Shown here piece by piece: positions 1-9,851 of a stretch of DNA of 62,241 bases (positions are counted from its first letter, which is position 1; each line of letters begins with the position of its first letter). This stretch comes from Pedosphaera sp. (lineage in GTDB: Bacteria; Verrucomicrobiota; Verrucomicrobiia; Limisphaerales; SIBH01): assembly GCA_031414955.1 (NCBI GenBank), contig JANOQV010000292.1:1-62241 (forward strand). Direction: 5' to 3'. The notes under the pieces are model-generated. The model had not been told where the DNA came from. It did not search any database and saw nothing but the letters and a program-made list of their open reading frames with translations. A program made the translations under genes and the position numbers.

Positions 1-282
1 CAAGGTGCGAACCTCAGCGGGTATGGGTTTTCCCGACGCGCTCCACCTCATCACGTTGCTGCGCCCGAAGACGGGCGCACTCCGGGGCCCGTGGCCTGCG
101 CCGCCCAAACGACTTTTCAGACAGGCTCTCAGGCAAAGGCCAGCACGCCTGCGCCGCGGGCGCGAGCCAATGCTTCCCGCCCCCTGCATCCGTCCGGCCA
201 AACCCGCGCAAATTCTGGCGCGCGGACCGCGCTTGACGCAGACTGCGCGGGAGCGCCGCCGGCCGCGGCCGCGGCTCATCGC

Positions 283-681
283 ATGTTAAAAGTCAAAGAC
301 ACGCTGCGCGCGACGGTGAACCTGACCTTTGATGGCCGGGTCATCAAAGTTTATCACGGACCAAACGCGCTGGAGCGGTGGACGCAGGAGACAAAAATCC
401 TCCGCCTGCTCGAAGCGCGCGGCTGCCCGTTCGTGCCGCGGCTGCTGGAGGCGGACGCGGACAAACTGCGCATCGTGACGACGAATTGCGGCACGCGGGT
501 CGAACATCTGGACGAGGCGCGGCGCGAAGAGCTGTTCCATGAACTGGAGAATTTCGGCGTGCGGCACGACGATCCGGACGTGCGCAACGTGACCTACCGC
601 CAGAAGGACGGGCGCTTTTGTTTGATCGACTTCGAGTTCGCCAGCATCCTCCCCGGCTTCGAGTCAACTCCAGCAGCATGA
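283..681 (+). CDS. Small protein-kinase-like (RIO/Bud32/APH-type) protein
   Basis: 132 aa from ATG 283 in ORF 91..681; VIKVY, catalytic-loop-like VRHDDPDVRNV, and LIDFE; stop overlaps the next start (ATGA 678-681). Confidence 0.75.
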   Translation: MLKVKDTLRATVNLTFDGRVIKVYHGPNALERWTQETKILRLLEARGCPFVPRLLEADADKLRIVTTNCGTRVEHLDEARREELFHELENFGVRHDDPDVRNVTYRQKDGRFCLIDFEFASILPGFESTPAA

Positions 682-1520
682 GAAAAAAGCCAGCGGCCCC
701 GGCCGCGATGACATCATCATTGCAGTGGTATGGGTGGACGGACCGGGGCCGGGTCCGCGCCAACAACGAAGATTCCTTCCTGGCCCTGAGTTTCGACGCT
801 CAGGAAATCTACCGGCTGGGCAAGCACGGCGAAGCCCCGCTCGCGCAAACTGATTTTGCCTTCGCCGTGTGCGATGGCATGGGTGGCGCGAAGGCGGGCG
901 AGTACGCCAGCCGCATCGCGGTGGAGAAAATCATGGCCCTGCTGCCGCGCTCATTTCAGCAGAAGGCCAGCGGGCTGGAGTCGGGTTTTGCCGACGTGCT
1001 GACGGAACTCTACACGCAGGTCCACAAGGCGCTGGCTTATCTCGGCGGCAGTTACGACGAGTGCCACGGCATGGAAACGACCATGAGCCTGGGCTGGTTC
1101 ACGCCGGGCTGGATGTATTTTGGCCACGTCGGGGACAGCCGCATTTATTACCTTTCCGCGCGCGATGGCACGCTCAAGCAACTCAGCCAGGACGACACCT
1201 ACGTCGGCTGGCTGTTCCGCAACGGCCAGATCAACGAGCGCGAAGCCCGCACGCACCCGCGCCGCAACGTGCTGCAAAAGTCTTTGGGCGGGAGCAACCA
1301 GTTCGTCGAGCCGCAGCTCGGCGCGGTCGGCTGCGAGCCAGGAGATGTGTTCCTGATTTGCTCGGACGGTTTGACGGACGGGCTGTACGATCACCACATC
1401 GTGGACATCTTGCGAGAGCCAGCCTCGGAGAAATTGAATCCCGCGCAAAAGCTGGTGGAGGATTCCGTGGCCGCCTCGGGCCGGGATAACACGACCGCGC
1501 TGGTGATCCGGGTGGGGTGA
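678..1520 (+). CDS. PP2C-family Ser/Thr protein phosphatase
   Basis: TDRGRVRANNED, AVCDGMGG, GHVGDSRIY, LICSDGLTD and GRDNTT motifs. Confidence 0.95.
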   Translation: MRKKPAAPAAMTSSLQWYGWTDRGRVRANNEDSFLALSFDAQEIYRLGKHGEAPLAQTDFAFAVCDGMGGAKAGEYASRIAVEKIMALLPRSFQQKASGLESGFADVLTELYTQVHKALAYLGGSYDECHGMETTMSLGWFTPGWMYFGHVGDSRIYYLSARDGTLKQLSQDDTYVGWLFRNGQINEREARTHPRRNVLQKSLGGSNQFVEPQLGAVGCEPGDVFLICSDGLTDGLYDHHIVDILREPASEKLNPAQKLVEDSVAASGRDNTTALVIRVG

Positions 1521-1530
1521 GGGAAGCGAG

Positions 1531-1675
1531 GCCTCACGCCAAGTCCGCCAAGGACGCGAAGACTCGTGCCGGAGAACGGATGGGCATGGTTCCGGCAACT
1601 ACTCCGATCCGTTGCGCAGTTTGGAATACGTTCCCATGCTTTGCCTTGGCGTGCTTGGCGGAGTTGGCGTGAGGC
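1531..1675. repeat. REP/MITE-like element with 31-bp imperfect terminal inverted repeats
   Basis: GCCTCACGCCAAGTCCGCCAAGGACGCGAAG (1531-1561) pairs 28/31 with 1645-1675; lies between convergent genes. Confidence 0.8.
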
Positions 1676-1683
1676 ACATCTCC

Positions 1684-1717
1684 AAAAAAAACCGCGCCCG
1701 GTTTGCACCGGGCGCGG
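1684..1717 (-). terminator. Rho-independent terminator of glnK-amtB
   Basis: 11-bp stem CCGCGCCCGGT/ACCGGGCGCGG, 4-nt loop, followed by a T8 run on the minus strand. Confidence 0.9.
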
Positions 1718-1740
1718 CGTGAATTCTAATTAAGCGAATC

Positions 1741-3195
1741 CTAGCCGTGGTAGCCTTCTTCGCCGTGTTCCGCGAGGTCGAGGCCCACGGTCTCGACTTC
1801 TTCGCTGACCCGCAGACCAACCACCGCCTTCACGATGTAAGCGATGACCACCGTGCCCACGACAGCCAGGACAATGGTGATGCCGATGGCCTTCACCTGT
1901 TCCATCCACAACCCATTGCCGATCAGTTTGAAGAGGCCGTTGGCCTTGGCATAGCTGTTGGCGTCGGTGAGGTTGCCATTGACGCTGCTCGTGGCCAGGA
2001 AGCCGGTCATGAGCGCGCCCAAAGTTCCGCCGACCGCATGGACCCCGAAGGTGTCCAGCGCGTCATCGTAGCCAAACCACCGCTTGAGCTTGAGCACGGC
2101 GAAGAAAGGAATCAGACCCGCCGCCACGCCAATGATCATGGCACCGTTCGCATCCACGAAACCGGCCGCCGGGGTGATGACCACCAGGCCAGCCACCGCG
2201 CCGGAGCAGAAACCGAGGATGCTGGGCTTGCCGCGGAAAATGTATTCCGCCATGCCCCACACGAAGGCTGCGACCGCCGCCGCCAGGGTCGTGGTCATGA
2301 AGGCGTTGCCTGCGATGCCGTCGGCCGCCACAGCGCTACCCGCGTTGAAGCCGTACCAGCCCACCCACAGCATGCCCGTGCCGATCATGCACATCACCAT
2401 GCTGTGCGGCTGCATCGGTTCTTTGCCGTGGCCCAGGCGCTTGCCGAGGATCATGCAAAGGATGAGCGCCGACCAGCCGGAGGACATGTGAACCACCGTG
2501 CCGCCGGCGAAATCAATCGCCTTGATCTTCGCATCACCGTTCCACACGCCGTTCATCAGACCGTCCACGCCCCAGACCATGTGGGCCAGAGGGAAATAGA
2601 CGACGAACATCCAGAGCGTGACGAAGAGCAGAATGGCCGAGAACTTCATGCGCTCGGCAATCGCGCCCACGATCAGCGCGGGCGTGATGATGGCAAACAT
2701 CATCTGATACATGGAGAAGATGTTTTGCGACACCCACGCGGCGTAGTCGGTGTTCGGCAGGGCGTCCACCCCCTTGAGGAAGGCGAATTTCAATCCGCCC
2801 AAGTAAGGACTGCCGGCGGAGAAGACCAGGCTGTAGCCCACGAGATACCAGAGGATCGTGACCAGGCCAGCGATGCCGAGGCATTGCGCGAGCACGGAGA
2901 GGATGTTCTTCTTGCGCACCAGGCCGCCGTAAAACAGGGCCAGGCCAGGCAGGGTCATGAACAAGACCAGCGCGGCGCTGGTCATCATCCAGGCATTGTG
3001 GCCCGGACCGGCGCCCGCGATCTTCGAGGGCGCGTTGGTGCTGCCACCGCGTGCGCCGTTGTTCACGTAAGCTTCGAGGTCTTCGAGGCGTTCCGCCATG
3101 GAACGCTCCGGAGCCGGGGCGTCCGCCGCGCGCACGGTGTTCACCAAGGCGAACAGCACGGCCAGCAAACTGAGGGAGAGGAATAGTTTCTTCAT
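1741..3195 (-). CDS. amtB: Ammonium transporter
   Basis: PGLALFYGGLVR, DFAGGTVVHMSSG, GWYGFNAGS, DDALDTFGVH; downstream of a PII gene. Confidence 0.98.
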   Translation of the reverse strand: MKKLFLSLSLLAVLFALVNTVRAADAPAPERSMAERLEDLEAYVNNGARGGSTNAPSKIAGAGPGHNAWMMTSAALVLFMTLPGLALFYGGLVRKKNILSVLAQCLGIAGLVTILWYLVGYSLVFSAGSPYLGGLKFAFLKGVDALPNTDYAAWVSQNIFSMYQMMFAIITPALIVGAIAERMKFSAILLFVTLWMFVVYFPLAHMVWGVDGLMNGVWNGDAKIKAIDFAGGTVVHMSSGWSALILCMILGKRLGHGKEPMQPHSMVMCMIGTGMLWVGWYGFNAGSAVAADGIAGNAFMTTTLAAAVAAFVWGMAEYIFRGKPSILGFCSGAVAGLVVITPAAGFVDANGAMIIGVAAGLIPFFAVLKLKRWFGYDDALDTFGVHAVGGTLGALMTGFLATSSVNGNLTDANSYAKANGLFKLIGNGLWMEQVKAIGITIVLAVVGTVVIAYIVKAVVGLRVSEEVETVGLDLAEHGEEGYHG

Positions 3196-3225
3196 GTGTT
3201 TTAGTAGTTCGAGTTGCGGGGACGG

Positions 3226-3603
<378 letters not shown>

Positions 3604-3761
3604 TCAATCTCTCCGAACAGCGGGGAGATCGAACCTAGGACGAATGCGCCAACCAGCAGGCCATGCTCGACGGATGAGGATCGGCCCCCCCCGCGGCAAG
3701 GCGCGGTTCGGAGCCTGACCGGTCTGTTTCATGGCTTGACGATCCATTCGCTCACAGCCTT

Positions 3762-3777
3762 AGCGCGCTCCGTGCCA
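3762..3777 (-). promoter_or_regulatory. Putative sigma-54 -24/-12 promoter of glnK-amtB
   Basis: Minus strand TGGCACGGAGCGCGCT = GG-N10-GC with TGGCAC, about 200 bp upstream of glnK. Confidence 0.6.
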
Positions 3778-4059
3778 TCCGCTCCCGCCCCGAGGTGACT
3801 ATGGCCCGAGGCCTTGATTTTATTGAGTTATCCGCTGGGATGAATTTTTTTCAACCACTCCATGCGCCTGTTGGAATTTGTCCACCGTAGTTTTTTTTCA
3901 CCACTGGCGGTGTGCGTTACTTGCGCCGCCGCTGGATCTCGACCGGCTTTGGGCGTTCAACCCGCCGGTCAAACTCGCCGATGCAGACTCCGGTGGCCCT
4001 CGGCCTGGAGGGCGATTGACTCCAGCAATCGCCCTCGAAGCCAGGAGCCGGAGTAATTC

Positions 4060-7000
4060 ATGAACATTTCCTTGCTTATGCGAACATTGCGTCGATTGCC
4101 ATTGATGGTCTTGCTGGTGGCCGTCGCGGCCGCCTTGGGGTTGTGGTTGAACCACACAAACAACGTCCCCTCTCGGCTGGCGAAGACATCCGTACCAGCC
4201 AGTCCGTCCGCTCCAATCGCGCCCGCACCCGAGAACGCCCCCGGCCACTCCAACCAGGCCAGCACCGCGTCCCGGCCGGCCACAGTTGCATTCACCGACT
4301 GGACGAAACGCTTTCTCAACACCCCCACGACCGAGCAGGGATCCGTCACCGGCTCGGGGCTTGATCTGGCCAAAGCCCGGCGCGCGTTCCTGGAAAACCT
4401 CATCAAGACCGACCCGCGCGCCGCGCTGGAACAGGCCGTGCCGGACGATATGCGAAGGCAATTGCCCGCGGACATTCAGGCTCAACTCGAACAACGAGTC
4501 AGCGGCAAGGGATTCTTCGGCGTGTTGGTCGCCAACTATCCGGACGAGGGCCGCAGCGAAGTGACGCGCGAGGTCATCCTCGACCACCGCCGCTACGAGG
4601 CCTACGTCTATGGCCGCCGCTTCAGCCAGACGACGCGTGAGCGCGAAAACTTGTGGGGCATCGCCATTGGAAGCTCACTCGCGGTTCACGAAGAACCTAT
4701 TCGCGCGCTCACCGCCGCCGAAGCCGCCGGCTTGGATGCGAAAGCAAACTGTCCCGTCTCGGCGTTGCCCGCCGACACCCACGGCACGCCGGCCTTTGCT
4801 GAAGTGGCTGGGCGCATCGAGAAATTTTGCGGCGCCGGGCATCTCGCCGCCTTGAGCCAGCGGCTCGCGGCGGACGGCGGCCTGGGTGGCGACGGCGGCG
4901 AACCGCCCATCGCCCACGACGGCTGGACGCAAGGCCCGCGCTCGGTGCTCTTCATGCGTGTGACCTATCCCGACGATCCGAGCGAGGCCATTACTGAGTC
5001 CGCGGCCTATTCGCTCATGGATGGCGTGAGCGCGTGGTATGCCGAAACTTCGTACAACACCACCTGGCTAGTGACCGACGTGACGCCGTTGATGGTGCTG
5101 CCGCAAACCAAGGCCTGGTATTGCGAGAATGGCGACGGCTTCCTCCTGAGCGATTCCCGCGAGATTGCGCGCGCCTACGGCTACGACACGGACAACTACA
5201 ACCTCGACATCGTGCGCTTCCCCAGCCCCGGCACCGGTTGCAACAACTACGGCTACGGCGGCAAAGCCTACGTGCGCGGCAAGGGCGTCTGGATGTTGAG
5301 CAACAGCAGCGGAGTGATGATCCACGAACTGGGCCACAACTACGGCGTGTGGCACGCCAACTTCTGGACCGGACTCGGCGACGGCATCATCAGCCACGGC
5401 AGCCACGTCGAGTACGGCAATCCCTACGACGTGATGGGTTCAAGCGGCAGCTCGGGGCAGTTCAACGCCGCGTTCAAGAACCAGCTCGACTGGCTTCAGG
5501 ACTCTTATGTGCAAACGGTGAGCACGAGCGGCACATATCGCATCTTCACCTTCGACGCTGCTTCCCTGACCACCGGCCAGAACTACGCGCTCAAGATTCG
5601 CAAGGACTACGACCGCAATTACTGGGCGGAGTTCCGCCGCAAGTATGCCAACGCCTGGTTCCTCAACGGCGTGATGCTGAACTTCGATCCTTGGAACAAC
5701 GGCGTGACCAACAACGGCAGCGGCACGTCGCTGCTCGACACCACGCCCGGCACGCCCACCGGCAACAGCAGCAAGGACGACAGTGCAGTTGTTATCGGAC
5801 GCACGTATTCCGATGCCGCCTCGGGTATTCACCTCACACCAGTCGCGCGCGGTGATGGCTCGTTGCCAGAAAACTGGATCGATGTCGTCGTGAACCTTGG
5901 AAACTTCCCCACCAACAATGCGCCGACCAACACGCTCATCGCCGATCGCTTCAGTGCAGCCACCAACGTGACGGTCAACTTCTCGGCCCTCGCTGGCGAT
6001 CCGGACGGCGACGCGCTGGCCTACGCGTGGGACTTTGGTGACTACACCTTTGGCCCTAATGCGCCTAACGCTTCCAAGGCTTGGAGTGTCGCCGGTGATT
6101 ACATCGTGCGCTGCACGGTCAGCGACATGAAGGGCGGCATCCACACGCACAAGGTTTTGATCACGGTCGGCAGCCCGACGACGTTTCGCGCCTCGGGCCG
6201 CATCACGGTCAACGGAGCTCCGCTCGAAGGCGTGCGCGTTCACAACGGCCAGAGCGGTGCCAGCTATCGCGGCAGCTCCACGGACAGCGACGGTTATTAC
6301 ACGGTGCCGGGACTGGCGGCGGGCAGCCACACCTTGACCGCAGTGAAATACGGTTACACGGCCGCCGCTTCGGGTTGGGGCAATCCCATCACGGTTGGAC
6401 CCCATGCGACCAACCTGGACTTCACCGCCACGGCGCTGACCACCGTTGGTTTCACTTTGCTCGACACGAACATGAACGAGGCGGGATTGGATACCGGCGT
6501 GGTCCGCATCACCCGCAGCGGCAACACCAACCTGGCGCTGCCCGTGCGCTTGAACCGCACGGGTTCGGCCTTGTTCACCACCGACTACACTATGAATTCC
6601 GCGCCGACGGGGTTGCCGCTCGTGGTCTGGTTTGCCGCCGGCGTGACCAACCTCGACCTCACGCTCACGCCCGTCGCCGACGCCCTGAGCGAAGGCCCGG
6701 AGTCCATCACGCTGACTCTGATCGAGGACGCGAGTTACGTGCTCGTGCCCTCGGCCGAGGTGACGATGGTGTTGAATGATGACGACGTCGCCGTGCGACC
6801 GACGATCGGCGTCGTCGTGAACAACTCGAACGGTCCCCTGGGCGACAACCTCGCCGCAGAAAGCGGCAACGACGCCGGCGTGTTCCTCTTCTCCCGCGCC
6901 GGCAGCGTGGCGAACGAACTGCTCGTGCATTACACCGTCTCCGGCGTGGCGACGCCGGGCGCGGACTACGTGCCCCTGTCCGGCGTGGTCTCGGTTCCCG

Positions 7001-9615
7001 CCGGGCAAGGCTTCGCCACCGTGACTTTGAATGTGCTCGACGATGCCGAAGTGGAGGGCAATGAGACTGTCATCGTCACCCTCGTCACCGACGCCGCTTA
7101 CGCCATCAACGGCAGCGCCTCGAACGCGACCGTCACCATTCTCGACGACGATCCGGTCACTGTGACGGTAGTGGCGACGGACAACGTGGCTTCGGAGTCC
7201 AGCAACAACGGCACCGTGGTCTTCAACCGCATCGGGAGCGTGGCGGCCAACCTCGTGGTCAATTACGCGCTCTCGGGCACGGCCTCGAACGGCGCGGACT
7301 ATTCCGCGCTCTCCGGCACCATCACCATTCCCGCCGGGCGGCCCAACGTCACTCTCACCATCACGCCCATCAACGACACGGCCGTGGAAGGCGATGAGTC
7401 GGTGATGGTCACGGTGCTTTCCAGCGCGGCCTACAACGTGGGCCATCCCGGCTCGGCTGAAATCACCTTGCAGGACAATGAGATTTCCACCGCCACGCTC
7501 ACGGCCAGCGACGCCGCGGCGACGGAGCCGGGCGCGAACACGGGCGCGTTCACCTTTACCCGCACCGCACCGTTCACCAATGACCTGACCGTGCTTTACA
7601 ACGTGACCGGCACGGCGGTGCCCGGCGGGGATTACGCCGCGCTGTCCGGGTCGGTGTTCATCGCCGCAGGCGTCACCTCGGTCGTGGTCACGGTCACGCC
7701 GCTGGACGACACCATTCTCGAAGCGGATGAATCCGTGGCGGTCAGCCTGCTGCCGGATGCAGCTTACGTGGCCGGCACCACGACTCCGTTGACGGTGACG
7801 ATCAAGGACGACGATGGCGGCACGGGAGCGTTGGCGGCGATCGGGTTCACCACCGCAGCCAGCCAGGGGCTGGAATCTGACACGTCGGTTTATGTGTCGC
7901 TGCGGCTTTCGACCAACCTGCCGGGCAACGCCAGCGTGAACTACACCGTGACGGGCGGAGGCGCGACCGGCGGCGGCACGGACTTCACTCTCGCCAGCGG
8001 CACGCTGGTCTTTCCGACCAACGAGTTCAGCCGTTACCTCAGCTTCTCGGTGGTGAATGACACGCTGGCGGAGACCAACGAGACCATCATCATCACCCTC
8101 AGCAATCCCACCAACGCCGTGCTCGATGTGTTGAGCAATCACGCTTACACCATCATCGACGACGACGTGTCCGGCCTGCTCACGCTCTCGACGCCGGACG
8201 CGACCGCCCACGAAACAGGTCTGGGGACGGCGACTTTCCGCATCACCCGCGCCGGATTGACCACGAATGATCAGACGGTGTTTCTGCAAATCCTTGGCTC
8301 GGCCAATGCGCCCGCTGACTACTCGCCTCTGCCCACGGTGGTCGTGATTCCCGCCGGCACCAACTCGGTGGACTTGATCGTGACTCCCGTGGACGACGCG
8401 ACGGATGAGACGAATGAGACGGTGACGATCAAAATGCTTCCTTCGCCCGGCGCGCGGCTGGGCAGCCCGAACCCGGCCAGCATCACCATCGTGGATGACG
8501 ACGACAGCAACCTCCTCCCCGTCGTGAAGGTGGAGGCTGTTGATCCCTGGGCCTCGGAGCCTGGGGTGGACACGGGCACGTTCCGCATCTCGCGGGATCG
8601 CGGCACGAATGCGGCGCTCGTGATCAGCTTCACCGTCGGTGGCGCGGCGGTGAGTGGCACGGATTACACCAACCTTGGCACCAGCGTGACGCTGCCGGCG
8701 GGCGTGTGGGAAACCAACCTCGTCGTTTATCCGCGCAACGATTCGACCTATGAGACGAATGAGACGGTCGTGCTCAACCTGTCGGTGCTCGCGGCCTACC
8801 GCGTTGATCCGCTCGCGGCTGCGGCCACGGTCTTCATCGTCGATGACGAGCAGGGAGTCTCCGTGAGCGGTTCGGGCGTCTCCGCCGAGGATGGTTCGAG
8901 CACGGGCACCTTCGTGCTCAGTCGCACCGGCAGCACGCTCTCCAACCTCACGGTGTTCTTCCGCTGGGCGGGCACGGCGACGACCAACGACTTCACGCCC
9001 TTCTCCACGAACATCGTCATTCCCGCCGGCAGCAACGCCGTGGCTTTGCCCATCGCCGCCATCAGCGACGGCACGAACGAAGGTCTCGAAACTCTCGTGC
9101 TCACGCTGGCCACGAATGCCGCTTACACGGTGCTGACGCAGAACACCGCGGCCATTGTGCTCGTAGAAGGCGGCGCGGTGTCGCCGTGGAATTTCTGGCG
9201 AGCCGTTCAGTTCACGGCGGGCGAGCTGAACAATCCTCAAATCAGCGGCGCGGATGCCGACCCGGATGGCGACGGCGTGCGCAATCTGCTCGAGTACGCC
9301 TTCAACCGGCTGCCCAAGATCGCAGACGCCGGCGGTTCGTTCACCGGCGGCTTTGAAGTGTTGCCCGGCCCGACGAACAGCTACGTGGTGCGCTTCACCC
9401 GCCGCCTGCCGCCGACCGATCTGAGCTACGCCGTGGAAGTGACGAGTGACTTCAATGTGTGGCAGACCGGTGTTAGCGTGGCGCAGGAAATTCTCCCGGC
9501 AGTGGCCGACGGCAACGGGATTACCGAGACCGTGCGCTGCATCATCCCGCCCGGTCCCGGCGTGCCCGGCCAGAAATTCGTGCGCCTGAACGTGACCTTG
9601 CTCCCCGGGCCGTGA
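4060..9615 (+). CDS. Large exported zinc metalloprotease (M11/M6-like) with PKD, carboxypeptidase-regulatory-like and multiple Calx-beta domains
   Basis: N-terminal hydrophobic anchor; HELGHNYGVWH zincin motif, EYGNPYDVMG; PKD-like YAWDFGD; about 7 Calx-beta-like repeats ending in I-x-DDD; C-terminal DADPDGDGVRNLLEYAF...FVRL. Confidence 0.85.
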   Translation: MNISLLMRTLRRLPLMVLLVAVAAALGLWLNHTNNVPSRLAKTSVPASPSAPIAPAPENAPGHSNQASTASRPATVAFTDWTKRFLNTPTTEQGSVTGSGLDLAKARRAFLENLIKTDPRAALEQAVPDDMRRQLPADIQAQLEQRVSGKGFFGVLVANYPDEGRSEVTREVILDHRRYEAYVYGRRFSQTTRERENLWGIAIGSSLAVHEEPIRALTAAEAAGLDAKANCPVSALPADTHGTPAFAEVAGRIEKFCGAGHLAALSQRLAADGGLGGDGGEPPIAHDGWTQGPRSVLFMRVTYPDDPSEAITESAAYSLMDGVSAWYAETSYNTTWLVTDVTPLMVLPQTKAWYCENGDGFLLSDSREIARAYGYDTDNYNLDIVRFPSPGTGCNNYGYGGKAYVRGKGVWMLSNSSGVMIHELGHNYGVWHANFWTGLGDGIISHGSHVEYGNPYDVMGSSGSSGQFNAAFKNQLDWLQDSYVQTVSTSGTYRIFTFDAASLTTGQNYALKIRKDYDRNYWAEFRRKYANAWFLNGVMLNFDPWNNGVTNNGSGTSLLDTTPGTPTGNSSKDDSAVVIGRTYSDAASGIHLTPVARGDGSLPENWIDVVVNLGNFPTNNAPTNTLIADRFSAATNVTVNFSALAGDPDGDALAYAWDFGDYTFGPNAPNASKAWSVAGDYIVRCTVSDMKGGIHTHKVLITVGSPTTFRASGRITVNGAPLEGVRVHNGQSGASYRGSSTDSDGYYTVPGLAAGSHTLTAVKYGYTAAASGWGNPITVGPHATNLDFTATALTTVGFTLLDTNMNEAGLDTGVVRITRSGNTNLALPVRLNRTGSALFTTDYTMNSAPTGLPLVVWFAAGVTNLDLTLTPVADALSEGPESITLTLIEDASYVLVPSAEVTMVLNDDDVAVRPTIGVVVNNSNGPLGDNLAAESGNDAGVFLFSRAGSVANELLVHYTVSGVATPGADYVPLSGVVSVPAGQGFATVTLNVLDDAEVEGNETVIVTLVTDAAYAINGSASNATVTILDDDPVTVTVVATDNVASESSNNGTVVFNRIGSVAANLVVNYALSGTASNGADYSALSGTITIPAGRPNVTLTITPINDTAVEGDESVMVTVLSSAAYNVGHPGSAEITLQDNEISTATLTASDAAATEPGANTGAFTFTRTAPFTNDLTVLYNVTGTAVPGGDYAALSGSVFIAAGVTSVVVTVTPLDDTILEADESVAVSLLPDAAYVAGTTTPLTVTIKDDDGGTGALAAIGFTTAASQGLESDTSVYVSLRLSTNLPGNASVNYTVTGGGATGGGTDFTLASGTLVFPTNEFSRYLSFSVVNDTLAETNETIIITLSNPTNAVLDVLSNHAYTIIDDDVSGLLTLSTPDATAHETGLGTATFRITRAGLTTNDQTVFLQILGSANAPADYSPLPTVVVIPAGTNSVDLIVTPVDDATDETNETVTIKMLPSPGARLGSPNPASITIVDDDDSNLLPVVKVEAVDPWASEPGVDTGTFRISRDRGTNAALVISFTVGGAAVSGTDYTNLGTSVTLPAGVWETNLVVYPRNDSTYETNETVVLNLSVLAAYRVDPLAAAATVFIVDDEQGVSVSGSGVSAEDGSSTGTFVLSRTGSTLSNLTVFFRWAGTATTNDFTPFSTNIVIPAGSNAVALPIAAISDGTNEGLETLVLTLATNAAYTVLTQNTAAIVLVEGGAVSPWNFWRAVQFTAGELNNPQISGADADPDGDGVRNLLEYAFNRLPKIADAGGSFTGGFEVLPGPTNSYVVRFTRRLPPTDLSYAVEVTSDFNVWQTGVSVAQEILPAVADGNGITETVRCIIPPGPGVPGQKFVRLNVTLLPGP

Positions 9616-9851
9616 CGCGTCCTGATGTGCAATCCTGGTTTGTGTCCCGGGGTTTTTCAGATTTCTGCCAAAAAATATTTCTGCCTTGAAATACGGAGCG
9701 GGCACGGGTTGATGGCAAAAAGATTTGTTGGCAGAAAAATGCGCAGGCGGTGAACAACACGGGATGCACCTCGAACTCTCCTCCATCACGCCGGACGGAC
9801 CGCGCTGGACTCAAGCCCGGAGGTTGAAAAGACTCCTGGAAGACAGCCGCT

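Noticed and set aside
19..37. TATGGGTTTTCCCGAC as another copy of the box
   Set aside because: Shorter spacing, lacks the fourth G, and sits at the window edge without context.
5440..9789. 1449-aa minus-strand ORF and similar long antisense ORFs (10455-12698, 46849-49161, 23881-25239, 32837-34528)
   Set aside because: Shadow frames opposite well-supported genes in high-GC DNA; no motifs.
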